Of a stretch of DNA of 64,000 bases, positions 21,159 through 31,629 are shown in pieces. Positions within the stretch are counted from its first letter, which is position 1; every line of letters starts with the position of its first letter. This stretch comes from Promethearchaeota archaeon (lineage in GTDB: Archaea > Asgardarchaeota > Lokiarchaeia > Sigyniarchaeales > SOKP01), in NCBI GenBank assembly GCA_029838195.1, contig JALGVJ010000011.1, forward strand, positions 1 to 64,000, read 5' to 3'. Position numbers and translations under genes: made by a program. The notes beneath the pieces were generated by a model. It had not been told where the DNA came from and did not search any database. It was given only the letters and a program-made list of their open reading frames with translations.

Positions 21159-21431
21159 CTTTTTACCTTTACAATTTTTTTTTTTTAATTTTTAAATTTA
21201 TATTTAGAAAAGGTTACACTATATAATTTGATGAGTCTATTTAAATAAAAAATTTAAATCATTGCACTCAGAATATTAAGTTTTCAAACATTCATGAATG
21301 AATCACTTACTTGTATTCTTAATTATTTTTACTTAATTTACCAAAGGTCTCTTGGTTTTTAAAAAGAAGAATATAAAACAAAAAAAATAATGTTTAAAAT
21401 TCAAAATAAAAATAAAAATAAAAAATATAAT

Positions 21432-22529
21432 CTAAAGCTCTTTTTCTAATATTACTTTTGCCCCAATGACTTTACCCGCCATGCGTTTTTTCACGTTGGT
21501 TAAATTCGCCTCATTATCCACTGCCACGGACAAGTATCCCCGCGCTTTATGGAACGGAAATTTTTGCTTTTTCGCAATTTGTGAGGACATGGCATATTGA
21601 TATACCGTGAGCCCCCTTCGTCTAAACTCCTTATCGGTAACCCAAGCATGAAGGTCTGCTCCTAAAAGTTCTCCCTTCTCATCCTTGAGGAAGATGTCGG
21701 GAATAATGTATCCCCCTGCACAAATCTTTCCCGTGGGCTTGTACCGAACGATCCACATCATCCATTCTGCTCCATTATCAAAGATGAATTTCACCAGGTT
21801 ATCAAACGTGTTTTCGGGCTTTGGCGTGATCGCCGCCGAGTCAGGAAGATTGCGGGCAAACAGATCGAGGAATTCTTGCTTGATTTCCATCATACCGTCC
21901 CGACCGGGGTTGCTGTACTCGAACTCATCAAACTTCGCCATTACTATTTTTCCATCTTTTTTAATAGGAATTCGATCGGGATTAATGAGAAAAATGGGCA
22001 TGGCACATTCGTATTCCTTAATTTTCGTGTAGAATCCCTTCTCCTGAAAAAGCTCGGGATAAATGGGAGGATTTAGATTGTAGCGCATGTGAAAATCTTT
22101 CTTGCTCCCACGTAGCATAAAGCCCCAACCGAAAATCGTCACCGGAATATTAATTGGCCCTCGAATGTATTTATATCCATTTTCTTTCGCATGATCTATT
22201 AAAGCTTCCAAGAGGATTTCAATTTTCTCTCGTGCGTGGTCAAACACGCCGAAAAACCCGAAATACAAGATGTCTCCGCCATCATCATCATATATCAAGA
22301 TCATGCCTTCGACGTCATCCGTTTCTTCTCCAAACTCCTTCTCTTCACGTATTTCCTCTAAAAAAAGAGCCTTTGCATTGAATACCTTCAAATCATTCAT
22401 GATATATTCCTTAAAATCGGGTAATACGGGAAGCGACGTACCCAAAAATAAATAATTCATGATAATTTTAGGCTTGCTCACGATTTTAATTCTATATTTT
22501 TGTTCTAAAAATAATTTTTCAACGGACAT
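21432..22529 (-). CDS. Tandem GNAT (YghO-like) acyltransferase
   Basis: 'YFGFF..IRGPINIP..WGFML..YNLNPPIYPELFQEKGF' and 'VTDKEFRRRGL'. Motif promoter at 22619-22633. Confidence 0.75.
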   Translation of the reverse strand: MSVEKLFLEQKYRIKIVSKPKIIMNYLFLGTSLPVLPDFKEYIMNDLKVFNAKALFLEEIREEKEFGEETDDVEGMILIYDDDGGDILYFGFFGVFDHAREKIEILLEALIDHAKENGYKYIRGPINIPVTIFGWGFMLRGSKKDFHMRYNLNPPIYPELFQEKGFYTKIKEYECAMPIFLINPDRIPIKKDGKIVMAKFDEFEYSNPGRDGMMEIKQEFLDLFARNLPDSAAITPKPENTFDNLVKFIFDNGAEWMMWIVRYKPTGKICAGGYIIPDIFLKDEKGELLGADLHAWVTDKEFRRRGLTVYQYAMSSQIAKKQKFPFHKARGYLSVAVDNEANLTNVKKRMAGKVIGAKVILEKEL

Positions 22530-22921
22530 TTATTTCACTTTTCAAGATTATCATTTATATTTTTTAGTTTTAATTTTTTAATGACCTCAAGTAGTTATTA
22601 TACGTTACAAGCGGAGTATATTTAAAGAAAAAATCTTAAAAAAAAAGAGAAAATTTATGATAAAAAGACTAGGAAAATGAAGAAATTTTATTTCATTTAT
22701 TATTTATCAAACTTAAAACAAGTTCTCCCTTTTTTTTAATCCTTAGAAAAAGAATAAAAACCTTGAAATAAGGAATTAAAAATACTAACATTTTTAACTA
22801 CAAAAAATTGCTAATTAAAAAAACGCCATTCCGCATATATCCTATTTTGATATACCCTATTCCATTACATTTTTTATATTTTTATTTCCTCTTTTTCTTA
22901 AAAATATAGACGATTCTGATA

Positions 22922-23483
22922 TTGCTGGGGATCCTGATTGGGATCATTGCAACAATCGCTGGAGTTGGTGGAGGCGTGCTCTACGTTCTTGTCTTATCCT
23001 TGATCTTTCTTCTTCCTATTGATCATTCGATTGACACCAGCACTTTCGTAATTCTTATCTCATCTGCCGCGGGATTCATAACTTTTTTAAAGCAAAAAAG
23101 GACAGAGGAACATAATTATAAATCAAATCTTAACAAATCTTAAAAAGGGCATTTCTTTATTCATTTTGGGAGGTTTTGCTGCGAACCTCTTGGGGATTGG
23201 CGGAGGAGTGATCTATGCTCTGGCCTTAAATTTTATATTAGGATACCCCATCCACAATGCGACCGCGATCTCCACATCGATGTTCTTTTTCACTGCGATT
23301 TTTAACACGATCGCTAAAAGCATTACAGGTGATATTGACTACATTGTAGGTCTCTTTTTAGCAATAGGCTCGGTACTTTGGGCATTCTTAGGAGCTAAAA
23401 TATCGTATCGAATGCCAAGGGCAACTTAGCAATTTTTTGTGTCCATAGTTTTAATCGGGATTGCCATTAGATTGTATTTTTAA
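22922..23483 (+). pseudogene. TauE/SafE sulfite-exporter family pseudogene
   Basis: Two 'GVGGG/GIGGG' halves separated by a stop. TAG at 23427-23429 interrupts the last TM, which continues QFFVSIVLIGIAIRLYF. Confidence 0.8.
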
Positions 23484-23498
23484 TAGAACCAACCTTTA

Positions 23499-24365
23499 TC
23501 ATTGAGTTGAAGGAGAAGTTTTCTTTTTTCTTCTTTGAAATTTCTTGTATTGTCGTTTTAAATATCTAAACGCGGGAGGACCCATCCCTTCAGGCATGTC
23601 GATTAGCAAGAACTTGGAAGGCATGCCCATATTATAGTTAGCAGCACTTTTAAAAAGAAATTTAGTTACATAAAATATTCTTTTTGCCGGCATGCCGAGC
23701 GCCATCTCGTTTTCCATGGTCATTGCCAACATGCGATCTCCGGTTCCGGGAAGAACTACTTGTGCTTTATTTGAAATGTACGGCACTAACACCCCTCGAA
23801 TGCAAGATTCACCGTATCCCATGAAATGTTGATTATTCACGAGATATTTCGCTTCATAACTTAATGCGTGAATGATATGCGTGATTTGAGCGGGATTTCC
23901 ATAAACTAAGATCACGTCCGGTATTACTTCCGTGGAGGGTAATGGGCTTATGATGCATCCCAGATTACCCTTGACTTTTTCCATGGCTTTTTCATTCAAT
24001 AATTCTGCAAATTGTAGTTGTATTTTTAGCTCAGCTTTAGGATTGGCGTGGTATTTTGAGAGGACTTGAGATTTTAGGATTTGCTTTCCGGACATTTTGG
24101 CCCAACCTTGTACAAAAGAGCTGGTGATGCAGTGATTATCTTCGAATGTCATTGCAACAGTCCTATTCCATCGGCGGCTTAATGTGAACGCCTGACATAA
24201 AGAAAGCTTTTGTTTTATTTTAGAAGGCCTCAAAGCATTTTGTGGGATTTCGGATTCATTTTTAAAGTATTTTATTGCTAAAGGATAAGTTAGCAACCGT
24301 AATTTATTATAAAACTCGTTTCCCACATCTTGATATTCCTTAAGACCATAATTCTGTTTTGTCAT
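23499..24365 (-). CDS. DUF169 family protein
   Basis: YPLAIK..LCQAF..PDVILVYGNPAQ..ESC..PGTGDR..ENEM. Confidence 0.88.
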   Translation of the reverse strand: MTKQNYGLKEYQDVGNEFYNKLRLLTYPLAIKYFKNESEIPQNALRPSKIKQKLSLCQAFTLSRRWNRTVAMTFEDNHCITSSFVQGWAKMSGKQILKSQVLSKYHANPKAELKIQLQFAELLNEKAMEKVKGNLGCIISPLPSTEVIPDVILVYGNPAQITHIIHALSYEAKYLVNNQHFMGYGESCIRGVLVPYISNKAQVVLPGTGDRMLAMTMENEMALGMPAKRIFYVTKFLFKSAANYNMGMPSKFLLIDMPEGMGPPAFRYLKRQYKKFQRRKKKTSPSTQ

Positions 24366-24453
24366 CTTTTTTCTAAATTTCTTCTCTCATTTTTTGAATG
24401 TTTTGAATAACAAAATTTTTAATTAAAGTATTAAAAAAAAATTTTAACTTTTT

Positions 24454-25287
24454 TCATTTCTTTATCCGCTTTCTCAAGTAGTCCCATACTCCTGGTTCCG
24501 TTGGTTTTCCAAAAAGTGTAATGGGGCCCAGATTTGCATTTAAATGGGGGATTCCGAAAGGTTTTATTGGTATTTTATTTCCCGCTTTAAATAGATTATT
24601 AAGTATCATGATTAATTTGTTTTCTGGTACCGAAAAAATCATCTCGTGATCTTGGACTCCTGCTAGGACTCTATCTCCCATTCCTGGTGCGACTACTTGA
24701 CATTGGTTGGTCACGTAAGTGCGAATAATTCCTTCCTTGCATGAGCTTTCCATTCCATTAAAGGAACTAGTAATGGTATCTCCATCATAAGTTGCAGCTA
24801 AAATCAAGTGAGATAAAATTAATGGCGAGCAATAAATCAAGATCAAATGGGGTTTCATTATAGTAAAATTTAAAGGAGAGATGATTAAACCCTTGATTTC
24901 TCCTTGTTGGAGTTTTGTATCATTCGCTCTAGATTTTTTTTCTGCTTCCCTGTTCCGTTTATATCCGGCCTTTTTTTCCCAAGCTTCGAACACGTCACTT
25001 AATTTATTAGTTTGCTCCAACCCAAAATAATTGATGGAAATGGGTTTGCATGCGATATCTCTAGCATCTAGAAAAAAAGAAAAACCAGAGCGCCTACACC
25101 AAGTATATACAAGGCAGGCAGGCACCTCCGAATTGAAAACAACGTGAGGTCTCAATGCATTAGAAGATACGTCTTCTTCATTGGGAACTAACCTCACTGC
25201 AACGGGATAAGTCGTGAGCTTTAACTTTTCAATTAATTTTTTCCCAATTTCCCTATATTGGTCTAAATCTTCAGTCATTATATTCAC
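24454..25287 (-). CDS. DUF169 family protein
   Basis: YPVAVR..PHLILIYCSP..SSC..PGMGDR..QDHEM. Confidence 0.88.
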   Translation of the reverse strand: MNIMTEDLDQYREIGKKLIEKLKLTTYPVAVRLVPNEEDVSSNALRPHVVFNSEVPACLVYTWCRRSGFSFFLDARDIACKPISINYFGLEQTNKLSDVFEAWEKKAGYKRNREAEKKSRANDTKLQQGEIKGLIISPLNFTIMKPHLILIYCSPLILSHLILAATYDGDTITSSFNGMESSCKEGIIRTYVTNQCQVVAPGMGDRVLAGVQDHEMIFSVPENKLIMILNNLFKAGNKIPIKPFGIPHLNANLGPITLFGKPTEPGVWDYLRKRIKK

Positions 25288-25353
25288 TTTTTATTGAGAG
25301 TTATAATTATCAATTATGAAATTGATTATCTTTTTAAAAATTAAAAAAATCAA

Positions 25354-25672
25354 TTATTTTTTTCCTAACTCCTTAATTCTCCTTTTAATCTGTTGTCTCC
25401 CATTGTTTAGAATATTTGACGCAATAAAGGAAAGTTCCTTCTTGACTTTCTGAGTTAGAATATCATATTTTAGCTCTAATGCTATCAGAAGGTCCTTGGC
25501 ATTCACGATGTTCTCTCCTTTCAATACAATATCAATAATATGAAGGGCGAGTTGTAGATCTCCCCTCTCGAACAATGCTCGTGCCCGATTGATATAATTT
25601 TCTGGTGAGTTAATGGTTAATAATTCCTTAGCGATATCTTCCGATTTAGCGGGAAATAGATCCGTGGGTTCT
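25354..25672 (-). pseudogene. C-terminal fragment resembling an alkyl-sulfatase dimerisation domain
   Basis: Frame extends upstream of the called ORF as PTDLFPAKSEDIAKEL..ARALFERGDLQLALHIID..SFIASNI. No catalytic N-terminus. Confidence 0.65.
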
Positions 25673-25810
25673 ATTTCATTGATAAATTTAATATTTTATT
25701 TTTGGGAGAAGAAAAACTTTTCTGCATTCAGATTCTACACCCTTCCAAATAGTTATAAAAAAGGTATTTACTTATCTTTCAACTGAAAATAGTTCTTGTT
25801 ACTTATTTTT

Positions 25811-26665
25811 TTATCCTTTATCGACTTTTTCTCTTAAATATTTGAATCCTGGAGTAATGTTTTCAGTAAGGTGGATGGGAATTAAGTTCTTTAAAGGCCA
25901 TCCAATATTCATCATTCCTCCCGTTTTGAATAGGTTTTCTATGACGTAAAACAAGAGGAATCCTGGCATGCCAACTCCGATCTCGTGTTCTTGAATGCCC
26001 GCAAACGATCGATCCCCCATTCCGGGTATGACAATCTGCGGTTTCTGCATTAAGAAAGGAAATAATCCTCCCTTGCCACAAGATTCCCCAAAACCTTCAA
26101 AGGTGGAGGTGGGAACGTATTCTGGCAAGCATTCATAATTAAGAGCCTGAATGACATGAGTAATTTGAGCGCCACTCCCATAAATGAGAATGGAATCCGG
26201 AATGATCAAGCTCATGGGGAGTGGGGAGGCAATAACACCAATATACCCTTTCTTTTGCAGTCCTTCAAGTCCCTCTGGCAGAAGGTCACTCATCATTCTT
26301 GTTCTTCTCTTTTCCGATTCTGCATCTTTATGCCATCCTTGTTTTATTTGACTTTCAGTAATATCTTCTAATGAGACTTTTATCCAACCATGCATTGCCG
26401 AGGAGGGAACGCAAAAATTTTCATCTGCGGTGAGAGCAACGGTCACCCCCATGCGACGCGCAATCGTGAAAGCTTGACAAATTGACAATTTTCTCGGCTT
26501 TCTTCCCATCGTAGAAGGTCTAATTGCACGTCGGGGAATTTCTTCTTCGCTTTTTATATATTTAATAGCCACGGGGTATGTTGAGAGGTGTAAAGCATGA
26601 TAGAGTTTCTCTCCCGCTACTTTATAATCCGATTTAGAATAATCGCTTTTTTCATTCATCATCAT
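25811..26665 (-). CDS. DUF169 family protein
   Basis: YPVAIK..ICQAF..PDSILIYG..ESC..PGMGDR..QEHE. Confidence 0.88.
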   Translation of the reverse strand: MMMNEKSDYSKSDYKVAGEKLYHALHLSTYPVAIKYIKSEEEIPRRAIRPSTMGRKPRKLSICQAFTIARRMGVTVALTADENFCVPSSAMHGWIKVSLEDITESQIKQGWHKDAESEKRRTRMMSDLLPEGLEGLQKKGYIGVIASPLPMSLIIPDSILIYGSGAQITHVIQALNYECLPEYVPTSTFEGFGESCGKGGLFPFLMQKPQIVIPGMGDRSFAGIQEHEIGVGMPGFLLFYVIENLFKTGGMMNIGWPLKNLIPIHLTENITPGFKYLREKVDKG

Positions 26666-26847
26666 TCATTTTCCTTTCCTTGTTAAATATTTTAAAGATC
26701 GAACCCGATTTAATTCTTTTTATCGGCAGTAATTATCTCCACAATAAATGCTTATAGAGGAGTTAAAATTCATTAATAAATCAAACAAAATTATTTTAAC
26801 CAAATTTAGATTGATTAAAAAAGAAAGAAAAAAGGTCTAATGATATC

Positions 26848-27093
26848 ATAGTTGATGAAAAATTATTAAAAGAATTAAATGCTATAAGAGAAAACGGTCC
26901 CAGTACGCCATCGGATGTTTTAAAGATATTCGAGGTAGCGAAACAGCTTTCTGTTGAGTTTGAGGGCATGAAAGAAGGACTTGAGGATATGGACCAGATG
27001 TTAGTCCAATTTGTAATGAATGAATGCTTTTTACTTGTTATAACATTGTATTTTGGGACAAATATATTTAGAGAAAAAATCTTAAGAAAATAG
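26848..27093 (+). pseudogene. Start-less, truncated gene remnant (possibly an SCP2-domain protein N-terminus)
   Basis: Open protein-like frame IVDEKLLKELNAIRENGPSTPSDVLKIFEVAKQLSVEFEGMKEGLEDMDQMLVQF beginning at ATA. Family assignment from memory only. Confidence 0.4.
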
Positions 27094-27124
27094 AAAATTT
27101 GAAGTAAAAGCGAATAATTTAAAA

Positions 27125-27874
27125 TCAAAAAAATTGCGACATTTCCATCTCTTTCATTCCTTTTATTGTTTTGCCAAACAGCATTTCTTGATTCTTTTCC
27201 ACGAATTTCCAGCCGATTCCCTTGATCTTCTTTAAGGGCCCTTCAATTCCTTTCGGCTTGCCCGTTTTCGTGTACAGGATCCTCGTGTTCTTGAGAGCAT
27301 CAAACACTCGCTCAGGGGTCTTGAAATGCTCGATCAAAAGCTTTGCACGAGAAGGCCCCACATCAATAAGACCTTCCATGAGATATGCCCTCCGTCCTGC
27401 CAGATCCAAGTGCTTGGGCGCAGACCGAGCCAATACGGGAATGTTATCCTTGACTTGCTCCCGATAAGCGATTCGCTCAATCACGATGGCAGTGTCCTTC
27501 AGATTCCTCGTGGGAATGATGGAGACTTTCATTTTATAGGAAACAAAGGCCAGAGCACCGTAAATGGAGTTGATGTTCATGCCCGTGAAGTTGAAAACGC
27601 TGTCATTGAGCCCCTCCAAAATGAGAATGGGCAAAGGATAAACTTCTTTCAAGCGGAGTAATTGATCAAATAGGCGGTTATCCATGATAGAGGAGATGAA
27701 ATCGGATCCCTCTTTTCGCTCGATGGCAACGTCTTGGCTCACCACGATATCTGCAATATCCAATTGCTTGATATCAAGTTCGATAGAATGATAACTACTT
27801 TTTATATGTCGGATTAATTCTCGTTCTCTATTATCAATAATAATTTTTAGACTTTTTTGCTTCATTAATTTCAC
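27125..27874 (-). CDS. xpf: Stand-alone XPF/ERCC4 structure-specific nuclease with HhH (likely start 27865)
   Basis: IIIDNRE..ADIVVS..AIERKEGSDFISSIMDNRLFDQ; HhH 'VGPSRA', 'IKGIG'. Confidence 0.9.
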   Translation of the reverse strand: MKLMKQKSLKIIIDNRERELIRHIKSSYHSIELDIKQLDIADIVVSQDVAIERKEGSDFISSIMDNRLFDQLLRLKEVYPLPILILEGLNDSVFNFTGMNINSIYGALAFVSYKMKVSIIPTRNLKDTAIVIERIAYREQVKDNIPVLARSAPKHLDLAGRRAYLMEGLIDVGPSRAKLLIEHFKTPERVFDALKNTRILYTKTGKPKGIEGPLKKIKGIGWKFVEKNQEMLFGKTIKGMKEMEMSQFF

Positions 27875-27999
27875 GATGGTATAAACATTAATAAATAAAA
27901 AAAATAGGATTAATGAAACCTAAAGCAATATAATGTTTTCACGTGTTTTATTCCTATTTTCAAAAAAGTTTATTCTGAATTCAATCTCAGTTTTTCATT

Positions 28000-28049
28000 C
28001 TAAATTTAATTAATGATACTAAATTTAATTAATGATACTAATCATTAAT
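28000..28049. promoter_or_regulatory. 19-bp tandem duplication overlapping a 9-4-9 inverted repeat
   Basis: ctaaatttaattaatgata x2 (28000-28037); ATTAATGAT-acta-ATCATTAAT (28028-28049). Confidence 0.6.
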
Positions 28050-28176
28050 AATAACCATTAAATGAAATTTTTAAATATGGGGGAATCATAATCATTTACA
28101 TTGAAAAAATTGAATTATAAGATGAGAACTATGAAAAATGATAAAAAAATAAGAAAGAAATGAGGTAAAGGAAAAA

Positions 28177-29403
28177 ATGAAAGTATTAGCATTAGGTGGT
28201 GCAGGAGATATGGGTAGAATGGCCGTTGCCGTGCTTCTTGAATCTGCTAAGGTTTCGGCAGTTACTATGGCTGATATAAACATTAAGCAAGCTGAAATTT
28301 GTGTTGAAATGATAGGGTCGGAAAAATTATCCGCAGTTCAAATTGATATAAACGAAAAGAAGAAGTTAATTGAATTAATAAAAGCGCATGATGTCGTGAT
28401 TAACACTATAGGACCATTTTACAAGTTTGAAAAACCTCTTGTTGAGATTATTATCGAAACACAGAAACCTTTTTTGGATATCTGTGATGATTGGAAGCCA
28501 ACATTAGACGTATTGAAAATGGATCAAAAAGCTAAGGATGCCGGAGTTTCAGCAGTTATCGGCATTGGTGCAAGTCCAGGAATAACAAATCTGATGGCGG
28601 TTCTTGCTTGCTCAAAGCTTGACGATGTGGACGATCTTATCACGGCATGGGGAGAGTGTGTTGATATTAAAGAAGGAAAAAAACCTAAATATTATATTAA
28701 ACCAAAAAAACTAAGAAATAAATTAGGACAACTCCCAGAGAAAGCAAATGCAGCTATAGAACACCTATTGTTTGAGACTTTAGAAAAGATACCCGTTTTT
28801 AAGAATGGCATTATGGTTTATATAGAACCACTTTCCGAAATCGAGCCATTTGCTTTTCCCAGCTTTAAAGAAATGTATGCTACAGTGATAGGTCATCCAG
28901 AACCTATAACACTTCCGCGAACTATAAAAGCTAATTCAATATCTAATGTCATGTATATTGGAAAAACGGCTACGGATATTGTCAGGCAATATCGTCAAAA
29001 AATATTAAATAAAAAAATCACGATTCAAAAAGCTGCTATTGCATTAGAAAAAGATTTTAAGAAGTTAGAAAGGAGGGCTAAGATGGGTCGGGCACCTTTA
29101 AAAGAATATCTTGGAGGACCTCCAAATTTATGTGTTATAGGAACTGGTACAAAAGATGGTGTGCCTAAAAAGATTGCTATAGCGCTTGGCCGCAATCCCT
29201 TTGGTGAGATGGCAGGTCTTACTGGAGTCCCGCTGGCAATCGCAACGATAATGATGATTGAAGGAAAAATCACTAAAAAGGGAGTATTAACTCCCGAGGA
29301 AGCAATTACAGATCCAATGGAATTTTTTAATCGAATGGCTCCATATTGCGGAAATAATCTAACTGGCAAAGATATATTGATTGAAAGAATAGTCAATCTT
29401 TAA
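28177..29403 (+). CDS. Saccharopine dehydrogenase-like NAD(P)-binding oxidoreductase
   Basis: LGGAGDMG, NTIGPFY, FLDICDD, GIGASPGITN, GHPEPITLPR, KGVLTPE. Confidence 0.9.
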   Translation: MKVLALGGAGDMGRMAVAVLLESAKVSAVTMADINIKQAEICVEMIGSEKLSAVQIDINEKKKLIELIKAHDVVINTIGPFYKFEKPLVEIIIETQKPFLDICDDWKPTLDVLKMDQKAKDAGVSAVIGIGASPGITNLMAVLACSKLDDVDDLITAWGECVDIKEGKKPKYYIKPKKLRNKLGQLPEKANAAIEHLLFETLEKIPVFKNGIMVYIEPLSEIEPFAFPSFKEMYATVIGHPEPITLPRTIKANSISNVMYIGKTATDIVRQYRQKILNKKITIQKAAIALEKDFKKLERRAKMGRAPLKEYLGGPPNLCVIGTGTKDGVPKKIAIALGRNPFGEMAGLTGVPLAIATIMMIEGKITKKGVLTPEEAITDPMEFFNRMAPYCGNNLTGKDILIERIVNL

Positions 29404-29473
29404 ATTTTTCAAGTAAAAAAGATTAAACATGTATTAAGCGGAACCAGAGCTATGAAAACCCGGGTTCAAGCTT

Positions 29474-29902
29474 TTATGGAAATATTGATCCTAAATTTAA
29501 CTCATTTAATACATTAGTTAAAGCTATATCCAATTCTTCATATTTCTTTTCACATTCTTTTAGCAACCCTTCCAATTGAATAATGCGTTTCTTTAGAGCA
29601 GGCACGGATTCTGATTCAGAATTGGATTCTTTTATATACTCTTGTACTTCTCTCATGTTGCTTTCTTGCTGTATCATGATGGGAAGAAATTCCGTGAGTT
29701 CCTTTATCATTTCGGTTCGCTGACGGATGATTTCTTGTTTTAATTCTTTAGCAGAAAGCTCTTGTTTTTTTACTTTTTCAATCATCATTTTTAAGATGCT
29801 CAAGTTCTTCTTGTTAAAACAATATCGCTCCAGAAAATCCTTTAATTTGTTCTTTAAAAATTTGTTCTCTAAAAATAGATGCTCATTTTTATTTTCGGAC
29901 AT
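29474..29902 (-). CDS. Coiled-coil hypothetical protein
   Basis: Third gene of a tight operon (4-nt gap); heptad-rich. Confidence 0.65.
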   Translation of the reverse strand: MSENKNEHLFLENKFLKNKLKDFLERYCFNKKNLSILKMMIEKVKKQELSAKELKQEIIRQRTEMIKELTEFLPIMIQQESNMREVQEYIKESNSESESVPALKKRIIQLEGLLKECEKKYEELDIALTNVLNELNLGSIFP

Positions 29903-29906
29903 GTAA

Positions 29907-30815
29907 TTACACCCTCCAAGATTTAAATAAGAAATAAAACAAGAAGTAAAATAACAAGGATAGAAATGCGGGTAAAAGAAATATCATGAGAAGAGTACTA
30001 AAAAATTCGTTGGAATAAAGGTTAGGCATCCACGTGTTAGAAATATTTAAAATACCAAATAAAATGAAAAATAATAGTGCCAAGCCTAAAAAATAATAAT
30101 TAAATGAATACAACAGGAATCTAATATAGAATGGATCATTTTTTAAATCATCTCTCACGTGTAGGCGATTTTCACTAGAAAAATCCGCAACTTTTTGTTT
30201 CATTTCCTTGATTTGCTTTAATCTTGCGAGCTCCTCTATAGAATATCCTTTTTGTAAAATTTCATTGCATAATTGTTTTTCTTGATGAGATAAAACATCT
30301 TGCAAAATTAATTGTTCAGGGGTAAAAACACCATTTCCTTGACGAATGATGTTGTTTTTTAATTTGGTACTATTATTTAATTTACTGTTATTTGATAACA
30401 AACCCTTTACATGACTTTTAATTTCAAAATAACACTTGAATAAAAGTTCTAAATCGTTTAATGTAATGGTCGAAAATGCGTTTTCATCAGTGAAATTTTC
30501 TCCTTCGAGAGGATTAAAAAAGATGAGTTCTCGGGATCGAATGGTATTAATCCATTGCGGTTTAAATAACATGAGTCCCGTATTATTGAAAAAATGCTGA
30601 TTCAACTTTTCCATTTTTTCGTGTATTAAGGAATTCTTTAATGCTATAGGAGGTTCAAGAAATATAAAAGCCATTTTCCCGTTAATTTCATAAAGAAGAT
30701 TATTCAGATACTTGAATATTAAGGATTGTATTAAGGATAAGTTGCCTGTCTGCTTGCATAACTGAATTAACTTAATAACTTTTTCCCATTTTTCATCATT
30801 CACGGACATCATCAC
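29907..30815 (-). CDS. Hypothetical protein with two C-terminal TM helices
   Basis: Overlaps the upstream stop codon; two hydrophobic helices at the C-terminus. Confidence 0.7.
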   Translation of the reverse strand: MMMSVNDEKWEKVIKLIQLCKQTGNLSLIQSLIFKYLNNLLYEINGKMAFIFLEPPIALKNSLIHEKMEKLNQHFFNNTGLMLFKPQWINTIRSRELIFFNPLEGENFTDENAFSTITLNDLELLFKCYFEIKSHVKGLLSNNSKLNNSTKLKNNIIRQGNGVFTPEQLILQDVLSHQEKQLCNEILQKGYSIEELARLKQIKEMKQKVADFSSENRLHVRDDLKNDPFYIRFLLYSFNYYFLGLALLFFILFGILNISNTWMPNLYSNEFFSTLLMIFLLPAFLSLLFYFLFYFLFKSWRV

Positions 30816-31462
30816 TTAAGTTTTTTTAATTTTTCTTTTTCCATTTCTATTAAAATATCTAAATCAATATCGTGCTCATTTACTAAGTCCTCCTCAACCT
30901 CCTTTTCATGATTCTTCAAAAATTCAAGAGAAGATTCAATATCATTATTTTCTGATTGAGGAAGGATTTCAAATGACGTGATAATTTTATAATACTGAAA
31001 AGCATGGGGAAATACTAAAAGAAAAGATATGCACATGAGGAAATAACCCATGCTAATGGTACTGAAATATTCTGAAGAATAATAAACGAAAGGGAAAACA
31101 TGTCCTTGAGGAATGAGACACACCAGCGGAAAGACGATGAGAAAACTCGCTTGAATGATGGGAACGGCAAGATTGATAATGGCATGGATTTCTAAGGATT
31201 TTAAATCGGAAGCATTTTCAGGATTTTTCATTAGCATGCTATAACCGCTTCCTGCTATAATCATTAAAAAAATAAACATAAAATAAAAGCTCCACGTATT
31301 CCATGAATAGCCTTCTTGAATGTCCCAAATATGTATTATCGTGAACATGCCATGTTCATTTTTTTCATACCACGGTAAGAATAACGAGAAAATACCTAAA
31401 ACAAATCCAAAAAGAGCTGAACCTTTCATCATGTTTTTTAAAATAAGATTCTTAATTGCCAT
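30812..31462 (-). CDS. 4-TM membrane protein
   Basis: Four hydrophobic helices, 'LFLPWY', acidic tail. Motif promoter at 31523-31537. Confidence 0.75.
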   Translation of the reverse strand: MAIKNLILKNMMKGSALFGFVLGIFSLFLPWYEKNEHGMFTIIHIWDIQEGYSWNTWSFYFMFIFLMIIAGSGYSMLMKNPENASDLKSLEIHAIINLAVPIIQASFLIVFPLVCLIPQGHVFPFVYYSSEYFSTISMGYFLMCISFLLVFPHAFQYYKIITSFEILPQSENNDIESSLEFLKNHEKEVEEDLVNEHDIDLDILIEMEKEKLKKLK

Positions 31463-31629
31463 GACACTGTTATTTCATTTCTAATTTTAATTTTATTCAT
31501 TATTTCACCCATATTTTCATGGTATTTAAAGAAAAAAAAAAGTAATTTTTTGAAGATAAAAATAAAGCAAGTAAAAACATGAATATTATTTTAGATTTCA
31601 TTAATTCTCTTAGTTTTCATTAATTCTCT

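Noticed and set aside
26796-27128. 110-aa minus-strand ORF after xpf
   Set aside because: Low-complexity shadow of a more protein-like plus-strand remnant (26848-27093).
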